From: an uncultured delta proteobacterium
GTDB lineage: Bacteria > Myxococcota_A > Polyangia > Fen-1088
Assembly: GCA_963755125.1 (NCBI GenBank)
Contig: CAVWIP010000008.1
Coordinates: 320,001-384,000 of the forward strand
Direction: 5' to 3'
Length of the DNA: 64,000 bases
Positions 28,665 to 38,749 of the stretch are shown here, in pieces (the stretch's first letter is position 1; the number at the start of each line of letters is the position of its first letter). The notes beneath the pieces are model-generated. The model did not search any database, had not been told where the DNA came from, and saw nothing but the letters and a program-made list of their open reading frames with translations. The position numbers were made by a program, and so were the translations under genes.

Positions 28665-29482
28665 GGGATTGCCTTCCTCGCGGCGGACCCGCGCTTCCTC
28701 TCTGCGGCTTCCGCGCGGTCGAGGGAGCCGCATACCTTGGCGTGGAAGTCCCCGGCGCGGCTGCTCCGCTTCCGCATCGCCTCCGCGTACCGGGCCTTGT
28801 CTACGATCCAGGCCGGGGCCTGGCACTCCGCGATGATGGTGCGCAGCTCGGCGGCCAGGCCGGGCGTCCGCACGATCTTGAGGGCGTTCCGCTCGACCAG
28901 CGACGCTGCCGCGTCGGTCACGTCCATCGTCTCCAGGGTCTTCGCGGGATTGTAATGCGTGACCATCGCGTCGGTCGCCGCCTTGCACGCTGCCCTCGCC
29001 CGCTCGGGCAGGGGCCTCGGCGGGGCGGGGTCCTTGTCGGCTTCTGCGAGAATCCGGGGCATCACGAGCGCGATGATCTGGCCGTCCCTGGAGCCGGCGA
29101 CCGGCTCGCGCGGGCCGTCGCCCCACAGGTCGAGGCCCTCCAGGAGGGGCCAAAGGCGAGCGTCCACGCCCACCAGGAGGCGGGAATCATTGCGCAGCAC
29201 ATAGAGCCTGGCGGACCCGTCCGAGGACTCGCGCGGGCCGTCCCGGAGGGCGAGCTGGTTCCTCGGATCCCCAGGCAGCGCGTTCGCGTCTCTCAGGATG
29301 GCGGCGGAGGTGGCGGCGATCTCGCCGCCCTCCACCCGGGCGGCCCCCATCCGGTCGGAGAGCACAGCCCAGGGGCCTGCCCATAGCCAGCCCGGGGTGG
29401 TGGGGCAGGCGAAGGGCAGGGATGCGCGTTTGTCTTTCTCGACGACCAGGAGGGCGCGGGCGAGGGAGGTCTTCGTGATCAT
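28661..29482 (-). CDS. Hypothetical protein
   Basis: 4-nt overlaps with both neighbours. Confidence 0.55.
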   Translation of the reverse strand: MITKTSLARALLVVEKDKRASLPFACPTTPGWLWAGPWAVLSDRMGAARVEGGEIAATSAAILRDANALPGDPRNQLALRDGPRESSDGSARLYVLRNDSRLLVGVDARLWPLLEGLDLWGDGPREPVAGSRDGQIIALVMPRILAEADKDPAPPRPLPERARAACKAATDAMVTHYNPAKTLETMDVTDAAASLVERNALKIVRTPGLAAELRTIIAECQAPAWIVDKARYAEAMRKRSSRAGDFHAKVCGSLDRAEAAERKRGSAARKAIP

Positions 29483-30018
29483 TGCTTCGTGTTCCGTCGG
29501 ACGTTGGCGCAGATCAGAGGATCCTTGTGGGCCAGCTTGCCGCCGCTCGCCTCCAGGGCTTTTTCGTTGGTGATCCCAGGCCCGCCGCATTCCCTGCAGG
29601 TGGCTATCACCTGTCTCGTGCCTCCGGGATTCTCCCCGGCGGGGCGCACGTTCTCGGCCTCTAGCCTGTAGCGTGGCCGGGGCTGGCCGTCCCGCGTCTG
29701 CTCGACGATCTTGGCCAGGAACTCGACGACCGGCATGGTCGATAGCTCGTACAAGGGAAGTTCGTCCTCGATGGATACCTCAGTGCTCGGCCAGGCCGAG
29801 CCCGCGGCGCCCTTCTTGATGGGACGGAGGACATAAGGCCCCCGCTCGCGCCGCTCGACCGCTGGCGCCGTGCCCACGATCATCAGCGGCCGATACTCGC
29901 TGCCGTCGATCCAGGGCCTGTAAACGCCGTTGAACCAGGTCCCGAAGTCATCCGGGGCGTCGACGAAGAACAGCGCGTGGTTAGAGTAACTTTCCCCGTT
30001 GTCGAAGATGTAGATCAT
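29479..30018 (-). CDS. Hypothetical protein
   Basis: MIYIFDNGESYS...; 4-nt overlaps. Confidence 0.55.
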   Translation of the reverse strand: MIYIFDNGESYSNHALFFVDAPDDFGTWFNGVYRPWIDGSEYRPLMIVGTAPAVERRERGPYVLRPIKKGAAGSAWPSTEVSIEDELPLYELSTMPVVEFLAKIVEQTRDGQPRPRYRLEAENVRPAGENPGGTRQVIATCRECGGPGITNEKALEASGGKLAHKDPLICANVRRNTKQ

Positions 30019-31946
30019 CGTTTCACCATCATCAATGCTGCCCTGACATTGGTGCCCTGGTCGGCGAATGTGCCCTCCGGCAGCTCCTCCCACGTAGTGG
30101 CCAGGGGGCGCAACTCCGCCTGCTGGCGGGGGCCGTTCGCGCACAGGGCGACGAGCCGTCCGCCGGGCTTCAGGAACTTGAGCGCGTGGAGGATGTGGGC
30201 GACGTCCTGGCCCTTGGAAAATGGGGGATTCATGAGCACGCAATCGTGGCCATCCTCGCTGTCAGGGCACACCGGCATACTGGTCGCCAAGAAATCGCAG
30301 CACGAGACCTCGAAGCCAGACGCCTGGAGGATGGAGCACAGCCTCAGATCGATCTCGATTAGATCGAGATGGACGCCCGGGACGGCACTCCGGATCGCCT
30401 TTGCCAGGTTCCCCGTGCCCGCGCTCGGCTCCAGCACGCACATGCCCGGCTGGATCTCCGCCAGCTCGACCATGCGCTTCGCCAGCGCTGGCGGCGTGGG
30501 GAACAACTGCGGCGCCACGGCGACCTGAACGCCGGCCTTGAGCGTGGCCTTGAGGGCCGCGAAGTCCTCGGCAGCCGGATCGGTCGCCCGCGGGGCTGGG
30601 GGCGTGCTGTGCTCGGGCGGCAGGGTTGCGATCTGAGGCGCCGGCTCCGGCGCTCCCGGCGCGGGCGGGTCCACCCGCTTCGCGTCGGTCAGGTAAACCG
30701 CCACCGTCGTCCAGCCCCCGCCGGAGGTGGCGCGTGTACGGTGCGCCCCATGCTCCTCGGTCGCCTCGTGGCGGATGGCCTGCGGCACGTCCGACATCTT
30801 CTTGTGTTCCCACTCGGCGCGTGTCATGTGGCGGAAGCCCTCGCCGGGATAGTTGCACATGGGCGCGAGCTTGGTCGCGGCCCTCACCTTCTCGGCGGCC
30901 CCATCGGCCGGCGCACGATAGTCGGAGATGTCTTCCACCGCGATGGTCGCCGCGAAATGCCCGAGCACGGTCACGCTCCGCACGGCGCCGGCGCTGCGGT
31001 TCACCTTCGTGATCACGTGCCAGCGCCCCCGCCGCAGCACCTGGCCGCCCGGCTGGAGGTCGAACTTGTCGGCCTTGAGCCCGCCACTCTCGCCGAGCAT
31101 GGCCCTCTCGTAGGCCAGGCGGTTTTCGAGGTGCGCGATCCATCGCGCACGGTGGACGATGCCCCGCTGGTTCATCGCCACCGCCAGGGTCCTCGCCTGC
31201 TCGGCCGTGATGATGCCGTCCTCCAGGGCGGCCCAGAAGCTCTGCTGCCCCTCGTACTGCGAGGCGGGCGGCTCGCGCGGGTACTGCGAGAGCGGGAAGC
31301 ACATGCTGTAGTGGTTGACGTTCGTGATCGCCTTCGCCCGCTCAAGGGTCAGCGGCTCGACCGCCCACAGCTTGAGGGCCTTCTCCGCCTTGTCGGTGTC
31401 GCGCCGGAAACCGCGCAACTCGGATTCGAGCTTCTTGATCCTACGGGCGCGCACGGCAGGCTTCTCCAGGTATCGTGCGTGCGCGATGGCGCTGGCCGCG
31501 CGTTCTGCCCAATAGGTCGAGGTTTCCCAGAGGCGCACGGCCCGGCGCATGCCGTTCTCGATTTTCTCGGCGTCGCGCCGGGCGTGGCGCTCGGAGTGGT
31601 GGCCCACCAGGATGGGCTGGCCGAGGGGGATGCCGTCGGCAATTGCCGAGACCGACTTGCGGGCATGCTCGGCGTCGACGGCTCGCTTGTCCTTGTAAGT
31701 CTCGAACCGCTCGGCGCGCTGGGCAGCCCGCTCCTCCGGGGTGGTCTCCTCGTCGCCGATCTCGCCGGCCAGCTCGGCGAGCAGGTCCTCCCGGGCGGGA
31801 GACCAGACAGCGTAGAAGAGATCTTGCTTGGGAGCCCAGCCGAAGTCGGCCGCCTTGACCCTGGCGTAGGTCTCGGCGTCGAGGCGCGAGCTGGCGCGGA
31901 GGCGGAGCTTGTCGTCAGCGGGATCATACGTGGCGTCGAATGTCAT
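30015..31946 (-). CDS. DUF3560 domain plus amino-type DNA methyltransferase
   Basis: GQPILVGHHSERHARRD; FPTP, VLEPSAGTG, MNPPF. Confidence 0.88.
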   Translation of the reverse strand: MTFDATYDPADDKLRLRASSRLDAETYARVKAADFGWAPKQDLFYAVWSPAREDLLAELAGEIGDEETTPEERAAQRAERFETYKDKRAVDAEHARKSVSAIADGIPLGQPILVGHHSERHARRDAEKIENGMRRAVRLWETSTYWAERAASAIAHARYLEKPAVRARRIKKLESELRGFRRDTDKAEKALKLWAVEPLTLERAKAITNVNHYSMCFPLSQYPREPPASQYEGQQSFWAALEDGIITAEQARTLAVAMNQRGIVHRARWIAHLENRLAYERAMLGESGGLKADKFDLQPGGQVLRRGRWHVITKVNRSAGAVRSVTVLGHFAATIAVEDISDYRAPADGAAEKVRAATKLAPMCNYPGEGFRHMTRAEWEHKKMSDVPQAIRHEATEEHGAHRTRATSGGGWTTVAVYLTDAKRVDPPAPGAPEPAPQIATLPPEHSTPPAPRATDPAAEDFAALKATLKAGVQVAVAPQLFPTPPALAKRMVELAEIQPGMCVLEPSAGTGNLAKAIRSAVPGVHLDLIEIDLRLCSILQASGFEVSCCDFLATSMPVCPDSEDGHDCVLMNPPFSKGQDVAHILHALKFLKPGGRLVALCANGPRQQAELRPLATTWEELPEGTFADQGTNVRAALMMVKR

Positions 31947-32365
31947 GGGGAGCCCCCGATGTCGTAGCCGTCCAAGATCTTGCCGGCCCACGCGGCGCCG
32001 CCCGGGTGAAGGCGCTCGTCCTCGGCCAAGAACTCGCGCTGGCGATCCTCGGTCATGTTCGCGGGGCGCCACCGGCCAGAGGTGAATTCCAGGGCGCGGC
32101 GGACGTGCCCGGCGAGAGGGCATGGGATCTGGACCACCACCCGGGCGACGTCGAGGCGGACCTCGTACCGCTCGCCGTCCGCCCACTCAACGCGGACGCG
32201 GGTCTTGTCGTAGCCGTACTCGGGCGCGACCGCGGCCATGGAGTGGATCGCGTCCTCGGCCTCGGCCCAGGTCGAGAGAGGGCGGTTGAGCGCGGACTGA
32301 TCGGAGGATTCGGTCCAGAGAAGAAAGATGTTTTTCAGCGGGACGAGCGAGGCGGGGTTTTGCAT
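31943..32365 (-). CDS. LPD25-like polyvalent-protein domain
   Basis: GYDKT.V.V.W.DG..Y..R.D motif. Confidence 0.6.
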   Translation of the reverse strand: MQNPASLVPLKNIFLLWTESSDQSALNRPLSTWAEAEDAIHSMAAVAPEYGYDKTRVRVEWADGERYEVRLDVARVVVQIPCPLAGHVRRALEFTSGRWRPANMTEDRQREFLAEDERLHPGGAAWAGKILDGYDIGGSP

Positions 32366-32474
32366 CTTGGCACCTCGTTCTTGATTGTGTATCTTGTTCA
32401 ACATGTCGTCAAGATCAACAACACGAACAAGTCGCCACTTGCGGAAAGGCGGGAAAACGGGCTATCGTCGCCGC

Positions 32475-32645
32475 ATGGCGAAGAAGCGAGCCGACGGCGC
32501 CAAGCCCAAGCCCAGGAAACTCACGGTCTACCTGCCGGCCGAGCTGATCCACGGCCTCAAGGTCATCGCGGCGAAAGAGGAAACGAGTTGCAGCGCCCTT
32601 GTCGAGCAGTTGGCGCGTGAGATCGTAAAGGCCCGCGCTGGCTGA
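32475..32645 (+). CDS. Ribbon-helix-helix (CopG-like) regulator
   Basis: KLTVYLPAELIHGLKVIAAKEETSCSALVEQ; divergent from the MTase operon. Confidence 0.75.
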   Translation: MAKKRADGAKPKPRKLTVYLPAELIHGLKVIAAKEETSCSALVEQLAREIVKARAG

Positions 32646-32794
32646 GATTTGACGCTAGCGTCCCTCGACGATCGCGGCGTTGCGTAGGGTGCCGACCTGG
32701 TTCGAGAGGGCGAGGCATCTTTGACCGCCGGTCCCGAATCGGCGCCGATGCCCGCGCAGACGCGGCCCCCGCTCGGTGTTCGTTGGGTTCTGCT

Positions 32795-33217
32795 TTAAGG
32801 CCCGCCCTTGTGCGCCACACACGCACCGTCGACGCACGCCTCGCCGAGAGGGCAGTGGCTGTCGCGGGCGCATCCCGTGATGCAAGAGCCCTGCTCGCAG
32901 CGTGTGCCGCTGGGGCATTCGCTGTCGAGCTGACAGCCCCGACAGTGATTGGCAAAGCACTCCTGCCCCCCGGGACATTCGCTCCTGTCGTGGCAGTACC
33001 CGGGAATCGGGGAGCAGCTACCGGCGTTGCACGCGAAACCATGGCCGCAGTCCCAGTTGTTGCGACACTGCTGGCACTTTCGGTCGACGCAGAACTCTTT
33101 GTCCTTGCAGTCGCGATCTGCCTCACACGCTGGGTACTTGGCCTTGCAGCCCGTCAGCGCCAGGCCGAGAACAATTGCAACCGAGGCGAAGCGAAGAATG
33201 CGTCTATCGTTCGGCAT
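32795..33217 (-). CDS. Cys-rich lipoprotein
   Basis: LALTGC lipobox; C..D.DC....C..G.C repeats like the N-termini of myxobacterial OmpA lipoproteins, but no OmpA domain. Confidence 0.7.
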   Translation of the reverse strand: MPNDRRILRFASVAIVLGLALTGCKAKYPACEADRDCKDKEFCVDRKCQQCRNNWDCGHGFACNAGSCSPIPGYCHDRSECPGGQECFANHCRGCQLDSECPSGTRCEQGSCITGCARDSHCPLGEACVDGACVAHKGGP

Positions 33218-33857
33218 GAACTTGTCATCTCCCTGTCGGCGGTCGGCAACCCGCGTGAGCGGTCAAGATCCGCACCCAGTTTCCACACGCCACCACAGGA
33301 CCCGAAAGCACGATACGCAGCCTGGCCGTCATGTGGAACATTGTGGTCCCGTGCGGGGTTCGCTGCAAACAGTCCCGAGGCGCGCTACCCCGGCGCACCA
33401 GCGGCCTTGCGGTCGAGCGGGACGACGTTGCCGCCCAATCAGACCAGCGTAAACATGCCCATCACCGTGAGCCCGCTCCCCACGGTGTCCCCCGCCCACG
33501 CCGCAGGCAACCGAAGCAGGCCCAACGGACGCTGGGGTTGGCACCAGCATCAGTGGCGGGGACGCCGGCATGTAAGCACCTGACCTTTCTGCGCCACGGT
33601 TGGGCCAGGGCGCGCTCGACCCCGGCCTCGGGCGCCTGGGATTCCCCCATGGCATGAGCCACCGTCAGGTCGTGGGCGGGCGCCGCGGTCCCACCAGACC
33701 TACCATCTGCCCCCTCCCGGTTTTCTCGCGAATTTCATCGCACTCGTCTCGAAATCGGCTACGGTTTGTCGCTCGCCACTGCTCTTGTGGCTCCCAGAGA
33801 TCGTAAATGGGTTCCGCGTAGAGCACATGGTTTCGACCCCAACCCGAAGGAGATACG

Positions 33858-34169
33858 ATGGCTAAAGGTCCTCTTTCCAAGTCTGAACTGATCCAGCTTC
33901 TCGCCGACCAGTCTGAGAACAAGCTCACCCGCAAGGACGTCAAGGGCATCCTTGAGGCCATGACCACCGTCGGCCATGCCGAACTGAAGAAGAATGGCGT
34001 CTTCATCGTGCCCGGGCTCGTGCGCATGGTCGTGGTCAAGAAGCCGGCCACCAAGGCACGCAAGGGCATCAACCCGTTCACCAAGGAGCCGACGGTATTC
34101 AAGGCCAAGCCGGCCCGCAAGGTGGTCAAGGGACGCCCCGTGAAGGCGGTCAAGGACGCCGTAGCGTAG
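33858..34169 (+). CDS. HU-family DNA-binding protein
   Basis: AAGGAG RBS; LSKSELIQ...ARKGINPFTKEPTVFKAKPA. Confidence 0.9.
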   Translation: MAKGPLSKSELIQLLADQSENKLTRKDVKGILEAMTTVGHAELKKNGVFIVPGLVRMVVVKKPATKARKGINPFTKEPTVFKAKPARKVVKGRPVKAVKDAVA

Positions 34170-34249
34170 CTTCCGCAATCCAAACCGTGCCGAGGGCTGA
34201 CTTTCCCGGCCAGCCCTCAGTGCAGGACGTGGCTGGCTATCCAGCGTCC

Positions 34250-34990
34250 CTACCCCTTCAGCAGCTCGTCGAGCACGGCAAGGTTTTCCTCGGTCATCTC
34301 ATCTTTCTCCGCGAAGAGCGTCTGATCCACTTTCGCGAACGCGGTTTCGCCGGAGGGCCGGCCGTGCTTCCTCGCTTTCGGCGCGGCAGTTCCGCCAGCC
34401 TCCTTTCCCGCAGATCCGGCAAGCCGCCGCTCGACAGCCTCGCGGATGAGGTCGCGCCGGCCAGCATGTCGCGTGTCCGGCGCGGATGCGGCTGTGGCCC
34501 TGCGCGTGGCGGCCTTGGGCGTGGTGGCTCTTGGCGCGACCGCCTTGGTCGCGGCGACTTTGGGCGTGGCGGTCTTGGACGCGACCATCTTGGGGGTGGC
34601 GACAGCCGGTGCGGGAGGTGTCCAGCCCGCCAGATAATCGGGGATGCGCTCGGGCGGGATGATCCGCGCGACCGCCCGGCCGCGGCGTGTGATCTGTACC
34701 TCGCGTCCCTCGACGATTGCGGCATTGCGCTGGGTGCCGACCCGGTTCGAGAGGACGATCGCATCCTTCCCTGCCTCTCCCGAATCGCCGACTATGCCCG
34801 CGCAGACGCGGCCCTGGTCCACGACCACCACCACCGCGTTCTCGCTCTCGATCTGACGCATCACCGCTGGCCACCCGCCGCATCCGCGCCGCTGATCGCT
34901 GTGCCCGAGCTGGTATCTCGTTATCTCGAATCTCCTCTTCGGCGTTGCCACCGGCACCGCCGCGCCAGCCAAGGTTCTCTCTGTAGTCAT
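34250..34990 (-). CDS. Hypothetical protein with a Phd/YefM-like segment and ATPK low-complexity repeats
   Basis: VEGREVQITRRGRAVARIIP. Confidence 0.5.
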   Translation of the reverse strand: MTTERTLAGAAVPVATPKRRFEITRYQLGHSDQRRGCGGWPAVMRQIESENAVVVVVDQGRVCAGIVGDSGEAGKDAIVLSNRVGTQRNAAIVEGREVQITRRGRAVARIIPPERIPDYLAGWTPPAPAVATPKMVASKTATPKVAATKAVAPRATTPKAATRRATAASAPDTRHAGRRDLIREAVERRLAGSAGKEAGGTAAPKARKHGRPSGETAFAKVDQTLFAEKDEMTEENLAVLDELLKG

Positions 34991-35045
34991 GGCCTCGTCT
35001 TCCTGCGCTTGGGGATCTATCGAGCGTCGCTGGTCCGCCACGATT

Positions 35046-36152
35046 TCACCCCATCCCGAGCGTGCGACGGATTGCGCTGAAGTCAAACCGCCGGCCCGGC
35101 TCCACCTCGTTCTCGCCACGCTCCATCTCCTTCAGCAGTCTCTCCAGGCGGGCGCGGTACTTGGGCTTCGCGGCGGCCTCCCTGGGCGTCAGGCCATCCA
35201 GCGCGGGGAGGCTCTCGTCGGCCCATGTGGCGTAGTGCCGCGCCTTGAACGCCCGCAGGACAGCGTCAATCTCCGGACCTTCCAGGGCGGGCTGTACGTT
35301 GCCCGCAGATTTTGCCATTTCCGCCATCGCCTCGCCGACGCTCCGTTCCTGCCGCCTGCCAAAATGCACCAGATCCCCGAATGCTGTCTCAATGCGCTCG
35401 CGCAGCCGATCGGCGCGGTCCCGCGAGTTGGTCTCCACCACAATCTCACGCGCCTTGACCACGATCGATCCGATGAGCGTGCTCGCCATCGCTATGCCCC
35501 CGCCGTGATCGCGCATGACCAGGTAACGCCGCTCCCGCTCGCCGGGCTCGGGCGCATTCACGTCCGGCATCTTAGCCAGCCCGGCCTCGATAGTTGCCCG
35601 TGCGGCCCTGCTCAAGAGCCTGTAGTGATCGGCGATGAAGGCGAATTCCTCCCCGTCGGTGGTCCGGAGCTGCGGCAGGGGGTTCTGCCAGTCCTCCGTC
35701 TCGCCCTCCCCGCTCTCGGTCAAATCGGTCGAGTCGTCATCGGGCTCATCGGCGTCGATCATCGTCACGCGCTCTCGCACCTCGCTGGCGCGGTACCACC
35801 GCCGCAGCCCCGCCAGCAGCAACACCGCGCCGAGCAGGCCGAACCCGACGAACGGCCGCGCCGCCAGGTAGCTCACCCGCATGACGGTCGCCACCAAGAT
35901 GGCCGCGCCGGCCAGCACCCAGAACCCGGCGCCGAACCTGCCCATGTGACCCCGGAGTTTCTGGCGAAGCTCCACCTCTTCGAGAAGCTGGGCATGTTCT
36001 TCCCGATCGGCGCGGGAAAGCATCTGGGCAAGGATCTCCAGGCGCTTCGGCGACAGTGTCGTGATCTTAACCGCCAACTCCACCAGATCGCGATGCGCCG
36101 TCGGCACGCCGTCTTCAGGCTGCGCTCGTTTGCCGTTCGCGTCTTTCGCCAT
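35046..36152 (-). CDS. Membrane-anchored protein with C-terminal MbcA/ParS-like motif
   Basis: Two TM segments; WADESLPALDGLTPREAA. Confidence 0.6.
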   Translation of the reverse strand: MAKDANGKRAQPEDGVPTAHRDLVELAVKITTLSPKRLEILAQMLSRADREEHAQLLEEVELRQKLRGHMGRFGAGFWVLAGAAILVATVMRVSYLAARPFVGFGLLGAVLLLAGLRRWYRASEVRERVTMIDADEPDDDSTDLTESGEGETEDWQNPLPQLRTTDGEEFAFIADHYRLLSRAARATIEAGLAKMPDVNAPEPGERERRYLVMRDHGGGIAMASTLIGSIVVKAREIVVETNSRDRADRLRERIETAFGDLVHFGRRQERSVGEAMAEMAKSAGNVQPALEGPEIDAVLRAFKARHYATWADESLPALDGLTPREAAAKPKYRARLERLLKEMERGENEVEPGRRFDFSAIRRTLGMG

Positions 36153-36312
36153 GAGCCCAGCAACTCTACAAAATTCCCCACCATGCCGCACGCCCGCACC
36201 ACTGCCCGGCAGCGGATGGAAGGTCATCCTCGACTGGCGAGCGCTCGTGCGGACGCGAGGTCAGTAAACGCGGGCCTCCGCGTAGCGCAACGATTTCCTG
36301 CTGGCTGAGTGC

Positions 36313-36591
36313 TCAGGAGTTGAGCGCTTTGTTCAACAGCACGCTGGGCTTGAAGGTCACTACGCGGCGGGCGCTGATCGTGATTTCCTTTCCGGTCTGC
36401 GGGTTGCGACCGACACGCGCCTTCTTGTCCCGGACCACGAAGTTCCCGAAACCCGAGAACTTCAGTTTCTCGCCCTTTTCCAAGGTCTTCTTGACGATGT
36501 CAAAGACGGCCTCCACGGCGTCGATGGCCTCGTTCTTCGAGAAGCCGCCGACCCTCTCGTAGACCGTTGCCACGATGTCCGCCTTGGTCAT
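36313..36591 (-). CDS. ihfA: Integration host factor alpha subunit (island copy)
   Basis: MTKADIV...KFSGFGNFVVRDKKARVGRNPQTG...RRVVTFKPS. Confidence 0.9.
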   Translation of the reverse strand: MTKADIVATVYERVGGFSKNEAIDAVEAVFDIVKKTLEKGEKLKFSGFGNFVVRDKKARVGRNPQTGKEITISARRVVTFKPSVLLNKALNS

Positions 36592-36896
36592 GTGACTAGG
36601 TTCGCGACAAATCCTGCTGATGTCAAAGGGTTGACGAGGGTGAAGGTCCGTCCCCGCGACCATCTTCGCCTTGTCAACTAGCCGGATTCATGTCGCCCAA
36701 AGGAGCCGTTTAGTTCAGTTCACGGCGATCTGATGGCCTGGAAGCCGTCATATCGGGCGTCATATCGGTGCGAAAAGCACACTTGGCGCTTGCTGCCGCC
36801 GGGGCTGTCTCGGTACGCACACCCGCAACCAGTCGGAACCACCGTGCCGCCGCGCGCAGCGGCGCGCACGGTGGGCCGCTTTGATCGAGGTGTGTG

Positions 36897-37844
36897 ATGA
36901 GCAAGTTAGATGGCTTGATTGACAGGTACGCCGGAAGCCTCGACAGGCGAGGTCTGGCTGCGGAGACGATTGCCGCGCGGGTGCGGGAGGGTGTTCGCTT
37001 TGGAAACTGGCTGCGGACGCGTCGGCCAAGACCGAGGCTCGACGAGATCAGTCCGGAACTGCTGATCCGGTACATCGGCACGAGGAGCGCGTTCCGCTCG
37101 AGGGCGACGGCCAGCGGTGTCGTGTCGAAACTCCGGTGTTTCGGCGAGTTTCTCGTCGAGGAATCGCTCTGGCGAGTGAACCCTCTGCGGTGGATCCGTG
37201 GTCCGAAGATGGATTTGCGGCGGCAGCTGCCGAGGAGGATCGGCCGCGAGCAGTTGCAGGTGCTGTGGCAAGCAGCACAGGTCAGGCCGCAGGAACACGC
37301 GCGGTACCTGTCGTTGTGCGTACTCGGCATCCTCTACGGAACGGGATTGCGGCGGGGCGAGCTGGCGCGGCTGGATCTGTGCGACTGGGACGTCGAGCAT
37401 GGCACCTTGAAGATCGACGGGCGCAAGACAGGCCGTGAGCGCCAGGTCGCGATCGGTGAGGGAGTCGCAAGGTGCATCGAGGCGTACCTCCCGCACCGCC
37501 ACAATCGGCTCGAGAAGACCGGCCGCATCGCGGAAGAGGCGCTGCTGATCAACAACCACGGACAGCGGCTCAACAGCAACAACATCGCCATGCTCATCGG
37601 GCGTCTGTCGCGGGATGCCGGGTTGCCGCGCATCACGATTCACCAGTTCCGGCACAGCTGTGCTTCGGACCTAATCGAGGCGGGAGTGGCGTTGCCCGAC
37701 GTGCAGAGGATGCTCGGGCACGCGGGCATCGCGAGCACCATGCGCTACCTCGACATCGCGGCTCCGGAAAGGGCCGCTGCTATGGGCAAGCATCCGATCA
37801 ACCGGTTTCTGGATGACGGCGACGAAGAAAGGCAGGCGTCATGA
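36897..37844 (+). CDS. Tyrosine recombinase, trio gene A
   Basis: YGTGLRRGE, HQFRHSCA, LGH...TMRY. Confidence 0.92.
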   Translation: MSKLDGLIDRYAGSLDRRGLAAETIAARVREGVRFGNWLRTRRPRPRLDEISPELLIRYIGTRSAFRSRATASGVVSKLRCFGEFLVEESLWRVNPLRWIRGPKMDLRRQLPRRIGREQLQVLWQAAQVRPQEHARYLSLCVLGILYGTGLRRGELARLDLCDWDVEHGTLKIDGRKTGRERQVAIGEGVARCIEAYLPHRHNRLEKTGRIAEEALLINNHGQRLNSNNIAMLIGRLSRDAGLPRITIHQFRHSCASDLIEAGVALPDVQRMLGHAGIASTMRYLDIAAPERAAAMGKHPINRFLDDGDEERQAS

Positions 37845-38749
37845 AGAGATACACGCTCGATGCGTGGCAAGAGGGCTACCTGGACTACCTGCGCGACGTG
37901 CGCAAATTGAGCCACCGAACGCTGGTCAACCTGCGCTGCACCCTAGGAAAGATCAGCAGGAGCATGGAGCAGTGGCGACCCGGCACGCCGTTGTGGAAAC
38001 TCTCACTCGACGACTTTCTTCATTGGCTGAACGAGGCCCGCGTGCAAGGCCAGGTGGAGAAGGTGCTGGCCAAGGAACTGAGCCATCTGCGGGGCCTGTT
38101 GGACTACGCCTGGCGCAGCGGGCGCGCCGACCGGAATGTGCTCGACGGGTTCAGCCTGCAGGACAGCTCGCGCCGGGTCGAGCCTCGCTCGCTGACTCTG
38201 GACGAGGCAGAGCGCCTGGTTCGTGCGTGCCCACGAAAGACAACCGAAGATCGGCGCCGACGACTGGTTGTCCTGCTTCTGTATGGATGTGGCCTGCGAA
38301 CTTCGGAGCTCGCCGCCTTGGATGTTTCCGACGTGAACGTCGAGCGCCAGGAAATCCTGATCCGGCACGGCAAGGGCGGTCGGCAGCGGACCATTCCCGT
38401 GCCGGCCGTGGTCTGGACGGAGTTGCTCTCGTACCTGATGGAGAGGGGTGGCAAGCGCGGCCCGCTGTTTCGCACGCAGGCGAGGCAGGCGCGCATTGCG
38501 GCCAGAGAGATCGGTGACATCGTCAGAGAGGCGGCGAGTCGGGGAAGCATCGAATGGCCGATCACGCCGCGCACGCTACGCCACACGTTCGGGACGCACC
38601 TGATGGACGCAGGCGTTGATCTAGGCGTGATCGCGTCGCTGATGGGTCACCGCAGTCCCCAGGAAACGGGTGTCTACCTGCACGTACTGTCCGGGAAAAC
38701 CGAGGCGGCGGTCCGGGTCCTCTTCGCAGACCAGGAGGAGAGTCGATGA
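37841..38749 (+). CDS. Tyrosine recombinase, trio gene B
   Basis: YGCGLRTSE, GKG, RTLRHTF, MGH...TGVY. Confidence 0.92.
   Translation: MKRYTLDAWQEGYLDYLRDVRKLSHRTLVNLRCTLGKISRSMEQWRPGTPLWKLSLDDFLHWLNEARVQGQVEKVLAKELSHLRGLLDYAWRSGRADRNVLDGFSLQDSSRRVEPRSLTLDEAERLVRACPRKTTEDRRRRLVVLLLYGCGLRTSELAALDVSDVNVERQEILIRHGKGGRQRTIPVPAVVWTELLSYLMERGGKRGPLFRTQARQARIAAREIGDIVREAASRGSIEWPITPRTLRHTFGTHLMDAGVDLGVIASLMGHRSPQETGVYLHVLSGKTEAAVRVLFADQEESR

Noticed and set aside
32657..32715. Short match to ~34703-34760 as an att-like repeat
   Set aside because: Diverged coding remnant of the Phd-like segment with no recombinase context.
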